This document shows positions 58,721-64,000 of a stretch of 64,000 nt of DNA, piece by piece; the first letter of the stretch is position 1, and each line of letters begins with the position of its first letter. The position numbers and the translations under genes were made by a program. The DNA is from a virus (Duplodnaviria; Caudoviricetes). The notes beneath the pieces were generated by a model that saw only the letters and a list, made by a program, of their open reading frames with translations, did not search any database and had not been told where the DNA came from. Where the stretch lies: the IMG/VR virus record IMGVR_UViG_3300008954_000001; one strand, given 5' to 3'.

Positions 58721-59412
58721 TTACGTTGCAGGTTTGCACCCTACGACCACAGGTTCCCATGCTGGCTTTAGAGCAGTCCCCACACCACGATAAGGTAACG
58801 CTGTTTCACAAAGTTCCGTATCTTGCTCATCCGCTTCGATTTCTGAACTGAACATGCGGCCCTTCCGATAGTCTACTTGGCCCGTAGGGGCGTAAGATTC
58901 CCCCATACGAGCCATGCGAAGGTTCTTGGGGGCCGTACCCCCTGTCAACACCAGTGCGTTGATTGCACGGGCCACGTTGTGCGATTTTGGAAAGCCGCTT
59001 CCATAGAGCCACCCTTCAAGGCGGATATCCGTGAAGCCCGCTTCGGACATGGCGGCAGCCAGACGATGATACGTTCGAGTACCAGAGAACGCCTTGATGA
59101 TCCCAGATGGGCGTAGGACTCGGTAAGACTCCTGCAACCAAAGAAGGTGCCACTCTTGCTGTCGCTGAAGAACATCTTCGGACTTCCCGTAAGAAGCGGT
59201 GCCTCCGTATCGAACTTTAGATCGACCGTATGGGTTATCTATGTCGGAGAACTTTCCGTCCCCCGGTTGGTCAGGGACGCATTTGTCCCAATCTTTCCCC
59301 ATAAACTCCAAACCTAACCGTAGGGAGGATCACAAATGATGCTCCCTACGCTTCCCTCCTTCATTTCGGACATTCGAGCGATACAATCGCCGTGTAAAAG
59401 ACGAAGGATCAT
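58721..59412 (-). CDS. DNA MTase catalytic half C, interrupted after DPPYG (proposed +5 nt ribosomal hop)
   Basis: ATG 59412 overlaps the upstream TGA; 32 aa to DPPYG then TAG (59316-59314); LEFMGKDWD resumes in another frame at 59311; ends ALKPAWEP..GCK. Confidence 0.8.
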
Positions 59413-60266
59413 TTAACCCCTACACAAACTGGTTCCCAACTTGGCTTGAGGGCCGTACCCCACCCGTCCCATGTTTCGGACTCTGGTGTAGCGGGAGCAG
59501 TAACAGGGATTTCTGATGGTCCTTCAGAAGTGAAGGCCACCCCTGGAACGGCTTTGCGGTATCCGACGATCTCACGCTCGGCTTCAGCGAAGAACTCGTC
59601 CAACTCTCCATCCATTTCAGTTTCGCTCTCGCAACCCAACACCCGCTTCATGGTTTCCCACTTCTCAGGTGAGGGAAGGACGTTGAACCAAGGGTCGGGC
59701 TGCTTGCCGTCCTCTGGAACAGACAAGTAGTTGCAAGCCCGAAAGCCACACTCCTTATCGATCTGAGAGCGGGTCTTGCCCGAAGCGTCGAACAACTTAC
59801 GAAGTTCCTCTTTCAAAACCGTGACGGACGAATTCATACGACCGTGCTGCTTATCGATGGCCTTGCCAATGTTCATAGACTTTGGAAACCCAGAACCGTA
59901 AGTCCACGCCTCTACCCGAATGTCCTTCAAGCCAGCGTGTTCCATAGCCTCGGCCATTCGGTGAAACGTCCTTGTCCCTCCAAAGGCTTTGACGACTCCA
60001 CCGGGTTTGAGGACACGGAAAACCTGACCCCAAAACTCTTGGCTAAAGGCGATCCCAGTTCCGTCCCATTCTTTACCCATGAAGCCTTTGGATTTGCTTG
60101 GCCCACTCCGTCCATAGGGAGTTTCCAAGTCCCCCGGTTGAGGGCTTCCATTACGAGAGTTCCCAACAAGGTCGTAAGGAGGGTCACACACGAAGGCGGC
60201 GACCGAGTTGTCTTCCATTTCACTGAGGCGAATAATGCAATCGCCATGCTTCAAGTTTAAGTTCAT
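59409..60266 (-). CDS. DNA MTase catalytic half B (uninterrupted), with HTH-like insert
   Basis: True start ATG 60266 (ATGA overlap); HGDC, CDPPYD, RVLKPGG, YGSGFPKS, ALKPSWEP; no SAM-binding motif I. Confidence 0.85.
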   Translation of the reverse strand: MNLNLKHGDCIIRLSEMEDNSVAAFVCDPPYDLVGNSRNGSPQPGDLETPYGRSGPSKSKGFMGKEWDGTGIAFSQEFWGQVFRVLKPGGVVKAFGGTRTFHRMAEAMEHAGLKDIRVEAWTYGSGFPKSMNIGKAIDKQHGRMNSSVTVLKEELRKLFDASGKTRSQIDKECGFRACNYLSVPEDGKQPDPWFNVLPSPEKWETMKRVLGCESETEMDGELDEFFAEAEREIVGYRKAVPGVAFTSEGPSEIPVTAPATPESETWDGWGTALKPSWEPVCVGVK

Positions 60267-60867
60267 AGCTTTACTCCTACGATTATGGGTTCCCAAGCTG
60301 GCTTCAAGGCTGTCCCCCAACCTTCCCAAGGCTTCGCTTCGGTGGTTGTTACAGACCATTTTCCACCGGGCTTGTTTCGATATTGTCCCGCCTTCGTGCC
60401 TTGCCACTCTTCACGGTCGAACTCATGGCGGATCATTTCGGTAGTGGGATCTTCTTGGCCGCTCATGGCACGGGCATCGGCAATCTGTTTGGGGGACGAC
60501 CCTCCGAACAGGACCGTGGCTTCAATGTTCTTTCCAATGTTATAGGACTTTGGAAAGCCAGAACCGTACATCCATGCCTCTATGCGTATATGTGCATATC
60601 CAGCTTGCTCCATAGCGGCTGCGAGCCTGTGGTAAGTGCGAGTACCGCTAAAGGCTTTGATATTTCCGCCAGAACGAAGAACTCGGTGGGCCTCTTGTAG
60701 CCAGCGCACATGCCAAAGTTGTTGTGAATCTAACTTGTCCCAACCTTTACCCATAAATTCGAGGCCATTCAGCCGTAGGGAGGATCACAAATAATCCCCC
60801 CTACGCAGCCCTCCTTCATCTCGGACATGCGCTGTACGCAATCCCCAAGCCTAATGGTTAGATTCAT
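60263..60867 (-). CDS. DNA MTase catalytic half A, interrupted after DPPYG (proposed +8 nt ribosomal hop)
   Basis: ATG 60867 overlaps the upstream TGA; 32 aa to DPPYG then TGA (60771-60769); LEFMGKGWD resumes in another frame at 60763; ends ALKPAWEP..GVKL. Confidence 0.8.
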
Positions 60868-61073
60868 CCTGAATACCCGTCCTTGGCCCAACCGCCACCT
60901 TTCAATGAAAAGGAGGTCTTGGAAATGAGCTTCTTTAACTTGCCTTTGCCCTTGTCCTTCTTCTTACCTTTGCAAAGGTCTTTAGAACAGGTCTTCAAAG
61001 GGTCTTCAGACATACGCTGCATCACTTCAAAGCAATGCCCGCACCTTTCACACTCGTACTCATAGATCGCCAT
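60864..61073 (-). CDS. FmdB-family Zn-ribbon protein
   Basis: MAIYEYECERCGHCFEVMQRMSEDPLKTC...KLKKLIS...F.LKGGGW..DGY. Confidence 0.88.
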   Translation of the reverse strand: MAIYEYECERCGHCFEVMQRMSEDPLKTCSKDLCKGKKKDKGKGKLKKLISKTSFSLKGGGWAKDGYSG

Positions 61074-62230
61074 TAACTGCCCATACCGAACAGATCGGAC
61101 AATCCAACTGCTTCCTCTTCTTTGGTTTCCGTTGGGGCTTCCGAGTCAATCTTTGCCATACGGCCACGCCATTCAGAGGAATCCCAATACCGAACACGGG
61201 CATCGGCAATCCGAATGTAGTCTTCCTCTTTTTCGATGCCGATAAAGTCATGTCCTGTATGAAGGGCGGCGATCCCAGTTGACCCTGACCCCATAAAAGG
61301 ATCAACCACAGGGCCGTTGCCCTTAGGGACAGTGTTGAGTAGGGCTTCCATGATGGCGTAGGGCTTTACGGTCGGGTGGTCATTACCAAGCCGCTTTCCA
61401 TCCTTACGAAGTTTCGCACAACCCGCTTCTCGTTCCGAACGAGAAGCCTTGGGGACATACCAAAAGCCTTCGGCATCAGTAACGAACAAGATGCTGTCCC
61501 GAATCTCGAACCCACCATCCTCTAAACGGCAAGCACCAACATGACCTGTGGGCATATCGTCGGGAGCGACCAAGAGAATGTGTCCTCCCGGTTTGAGGAC
61601 TCGATCCATCTCTTTCGTTTGATCTTCGGTAGGTGTCCCTTCCGCAATCAAACCGTGAATGGATTGATCCTCCACCTCGGACAAGTCGTAAGCATTTACG
61701 TCCTTCATATAAAGGACACCCCCATCCCCCGTGATGTGGGACGGGTCAATCAAGTCCGTCAAATACGACAGCAATTCGCTTGGGATAGCGTCATTATTTT
61801 CCATGTTATCCACCTCTTTGAAATATCTTGATGCCCCACCAGTATCTTCATACCCTCGAACAGTCGTGTCCCTGACATCATTTGAGTTCCATTCCACCGA
61901 AGATCCTTCAGTAGAATAAATAGGTTCCCCGGTAGGTTGCCGTAAACCCGTCGATGAAATCCCACTTTGTTCGTCTAAGGCTCCCGAACTGGTTTCGGTA
62001 AGGACCACATTTGCGGGCCACCGTCCTTCAGGATGTTGGCCTTGGGCTTCAAGGTCGTCCTTCATTCCGAAGTTGATTGACGAAGCCTCTCGGTTGTTTG
62101 ACCCAATGGACAAGGTATCGGTTGTACCGATACGCACATTGTCGATGTTCAGCCCACCACACCCATGTTTCAAGGTGTTGGCGGCGACCGTCCCTATGAG
62201 GGGCTTTCTGGCTACTGTGATTCCTTTCAA
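61073..62230 (-). CDS. DNA MTase SAM-binding half with an inserted degenerate catalytic-like domain
   Basis: TTG 62230 with GGAGG RBS overlaps the MT-A70 stop; begins ITVARKPLIG; GRWPAN, GGASRYF, PKASRSERE, HPTVKP, motif I VVDPFMGSGSTG; no DPPY. Confidence 0.85.
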   Translation of the reverse strand: MKGITVARKPLIGTVAANTLKHGCGGLNIDNVRIGTTDTLSIGSNNREASSINFGMKDDLEAQGQHPEGRWPANVVLTETSSGALDEQSGISSTGLRQPTGEPIYSTEGSSVEWNSNDVRDTTVRGYEDTGGASRYFKEVDNMENNDAIPSELLSYLTDLIDPSHITGDGGVLYMKDVNAYDLSEVEDQSIHGLIAEGTPTEDQTKEMDRVLKPGGHILLVAPDDMPTGHVGACRLEDGGFEIRDSILFVTDAEGFWYVPKASRSEREAGCAKLRKDGKRLGNDHPTVKPYAIMEALLNTVPKGNGPVVDPFMGSGSTGIAALHTGHDFIGIEKEEDYIRIADARVRYWDSSEWRGRMAKIDSEAPTETKEEEAVGLSDLFGMGS

Positions 62231-62820
62231 GGAGACACCTCCGCAATTTGGTTGCCCCAAGAGTGCCAACCGGGGCGGTCTCTCCGTGCGAACACTTCTA
62301 AGTAAGGGCCATCTGAAACCGTCTCCACCAATTCATAGAACGCATCGGGTTTCCGTGAATGGGCGGTTCGGTCAGCATGGACCACAGTCGGGGGCCTTCT
62401 ATCTGTGGAAGGGACCATTGCTTTCCCTTTGACCCCAAACAAAAGAAGTTCATGCTGACCCCGCATATATTGGCCTAAACCTTTTCGTTGTTTGACCCAC
62501 ACGGCGTTGGTTACATAACGGAACCCAAGTTCTTCCATGAGCCACAAGCCGTCCGTTAGGTAGTTGTTTGTTGCCCATAACCACAGGTGGCAATCGTCGG
62601 CGGGTCGCCAAAGATCCCCTGATTGGATTACCGCTGGCATGTCCTTGGTCTTTACCAAGGGATAGTGTCGATCCGCACCTCGCTTAATGGTTCCCCCTCC
62701 CACTTCGGTCCATGGAGGGTCCATCATAATTGCTCGGTATCCCGCTTGAGGTACTTCCCCAAGCGACATGATGTGCGGGGGCTTTTGAACCCCCATGGCG
62801 AACAGATCAGACAGTTCCAT
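62227..62820 (-). CDS. MT-A70-family adenine methyltransferase
   Basis: MDPPW, HLWLWATN, GLGQYMRGQHELLLFG, HSRKP, YLEVFAR, GW.SWGNQ. Confidence 0.92.
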   Translation of the reverse strand: MELSDLFAMGVQKPPHIMSLGEVPQAGYRAIMMDPPWTEVGGGTIKRGADRHYPLVKTKDMPAVIQSGDLWRPADDCHLWLWATNNYLTDGLWLMEELGFRYVTNAVWVKQRKGLGQYMRGQHELLLFGVKGKAMVPSTDRRPPTVVHADRTAHSRKPDAFYELVETVSDGPYLEVFARRDRPGWHSWGNQIAEVSP

Positions 62821-63988
62821 CGCTGTTTCTCCGCACGATTTCTTTAGCCCTCTCAGCCATTTCAGGCATGTTCAGGCAAGGGTGGGCGCAATCAATCTTT
62901 CGTTTCGTAAGGTTGTAGTGGTTGATGAAGCCGTTGAACACCGCAGCAACACTTTCACCGTGAAGCCCTGTTTCAGGGGTGCCATCATCTTTGGTCGGGA
63001 CATCAAGAGGAATCCCCAAACCTTGATGGATAGCTGCCCACAGTGCAGCAAGAGCTTCCAACTGTACGGGATAGAAGCCCATGAAAGGCTTCATTGAACG
63101 ACCATGGCAAGTACCATCCGTAATAATAGGTCGAGGGTCTAACCCCTTGTCCGTGTAGAACTTCTGATACTTTTCGTAATAGGGATTGCAGATTTCGACA
63201 CCAATCCCCGTGTGGTTCCACAATCGACCCCCGGCTTGCCATGCGGCATGTTGAGTGTCGAGAAGTTGGTAAATAGTCCCATCGTAGTCGATGCCAAAAT
63301 GGATGCTGATCCCACGCTTGGCAATCACAGCCGCCATAGACTTAGTGGTTTTACAGACATCCCAGTGGTTCACGAAATGATTGGGCGCACGGTCTGGCTT
63401 CCCCGCATACGAGGAATAGGTTCCCGACTCACACTTCAAGCCCCCAACATCTGACCAGAGAACCACACGGTCCCAGTCAATCTCAATGAAGTTGCCGTTG
63501 TGTACGATGTGCTGCTGTCGTTTGATAATGACAGGCTCGTGGGCATCAATATCCTCTTCTCGCTCCGTCCAAATGCGACGGAAAGTTGAAGGGCCACACA
63601 AGCCGTCTGCGGTCAAATCTCGATCCGTCTGCCACTTCGCAATCGCTTCAGTGAGATCGGTATCAAAAGCCGCAAGGCCCTCCCCAAACCAATCGGGGGT
63701 CCAGCCGAGCTTTTCAGCCGAGCTTTCGTTGTAGAACTCTTTGCCTGAAGTGCCGTTGCTTTCTTGTTCTTCGGCTTCCTTTTCAGTAGCGATTTTACGC
63801 TCTTGAATAAGAACCTTAAAGGTTCCAGGGCCGCACAGCCCATCTGCGGTGAGGTTGTGGGAGGATTGCCAAGCCGTAATCGCTTCGGTCAGATGTTCAT
63901 CGAACTCTTCAAACTTTCCAAACCATTCAGGTTTCCAACCTAATTTTTGGGCCGAGTTCTCGTTGTAGAATTCTTTATCGATTGCCAT
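62807..63988 (-). CDS. Endolysin: two peptidoglycan-binding repeats plus N-acetylmuramoyl-L-alanine amidase
   Basis: Duplicated KEFYNE.SA.KLGW.P.WFG...AI..WQ....LTADGLCGP.TF; amidase HFVNHWD, SIHFGID.DG.IYQ, GIGVEI. Confidence 0.88.
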   Translation of the reverse strand: MAIDKEFYNENSAQKLGWKPEWFGKFEEFDEHLTEAITAWQSSHNLTADGLCGPGTFKVLIQERKIATEKEAEEQESNGTSGKEFYNESSAEKLGWTPDWFGEGLAAFDTDLTEAIAKWQTDRDLTADGLCGPSTFRRIWTEREEDIDAHEPVIIKRQQHIVHNGNFIEIDWDRVVLWSDVGGLKCESGTYSSYAGKPDRAPNHFVNHWDVCKTTKSMAAVIAKRGISIHFGIDYDGTIYQLLDTQHAAWQAGGRLWNHTGIGVEICNPYYEKYQKFYTDKGLDPRPIITDGTCHGRSMKPFMGFYPVQLEALAALWAAIHQGLGIPLDVPTKDDGTPETGLHGESVAAVFNGFINHYNLTKRKIDCAHPCLNMPEMAERAKEIVRRNSDGTV

Positions 63989-64000
63989 ATTCTGCCTCTG

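Noticed and set aside
59314-60771. Stop-codon reassignment or simple readthrough as the explanation for the DPPYG stops
   Set aside because: The two stops differ (TAG, TGA), both codons end full-length conserved genes elsewhere in the window, and in-frame readthrough gives non-homologous sequence; a frame change is required.
59320-60785. Classical -1 frameshift before the stop
   Set aside because: The -1 frame is open from the CCT codon, but there is no X XXY YYZ slippery site, and slipping there would destroy the catalytic Tyr of DPPY. Only the matched-codon hop restores DPPYGLEFM.
60267-62269. Track starts at 60407 and 62269 for the MTase genes
   Set aside because: The extensions are non-homologous and overlap upstream genes; the coupled starts at 60266 (ATGA) and 62230 (TTGA with GGAGG) fit better.
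1-64000. tRNA, rRNA or riboswitch (e.g. cobalamin upstream of nrdJ)
   Set aside because: No cloverleaf or T-loop consensus recognised by eye, and only about 20 nt separate holA from nrdJ; tRNAscan/Infernal would be needed to exclude them fully.

Overview
This window looks like part of a large, lytic-type dsDNA bacteriophage genome. It is densely coded in the standard genetic code with frequent ATGA/TTGA gene overlaps, and I found no integrase, tRNA or CRISPR array. The first ~23.7 kb is a minus-strand replication/recombination block: sigma-4 HTH protein (partial), NusG-like, DnaX, primase core, DNA MTase, beta-clamp, Mre11/SbcD, a Rad50/SbcC split into separate genes, RecA, RuvC-like, RecD2, class II RNR, HolA and HolB. 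The middle holds small accessory genes, a GHKL-ATPase/HExxH protein, a DEDDh exonuclease, a Hint-domain protein, thioredoxin, Nudix, an ECF-sigma-like fusion, a giant SNF2 helicase, repetitive putative virion proteins and a C39-like peptidase. The right part carries HU, patatin, SurE, GIY-YIG, Lon, GroEL, SET, a lytic transglycosylase, a DNA-methyltransferase operon and an amidase endolysin. The most striking signal is in the MTase operon (58.7-62.8 kb). Two paralogous MTase halves are each interrupted directly after the catalytic DPPYG motif by a stop codon that sits between two identical Gly codons (GGT-TA-GGT and GGC-TGAAT-GGC), each preceded by a conserved hairpin; a third, uninterrupted paralog lacks both features. 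This pattern suggests programmed ribosomal bypassing within a split, possibly combinatorial, DNA methyltransferase system. All family calls come from motif recognition by eye; no database search was run.
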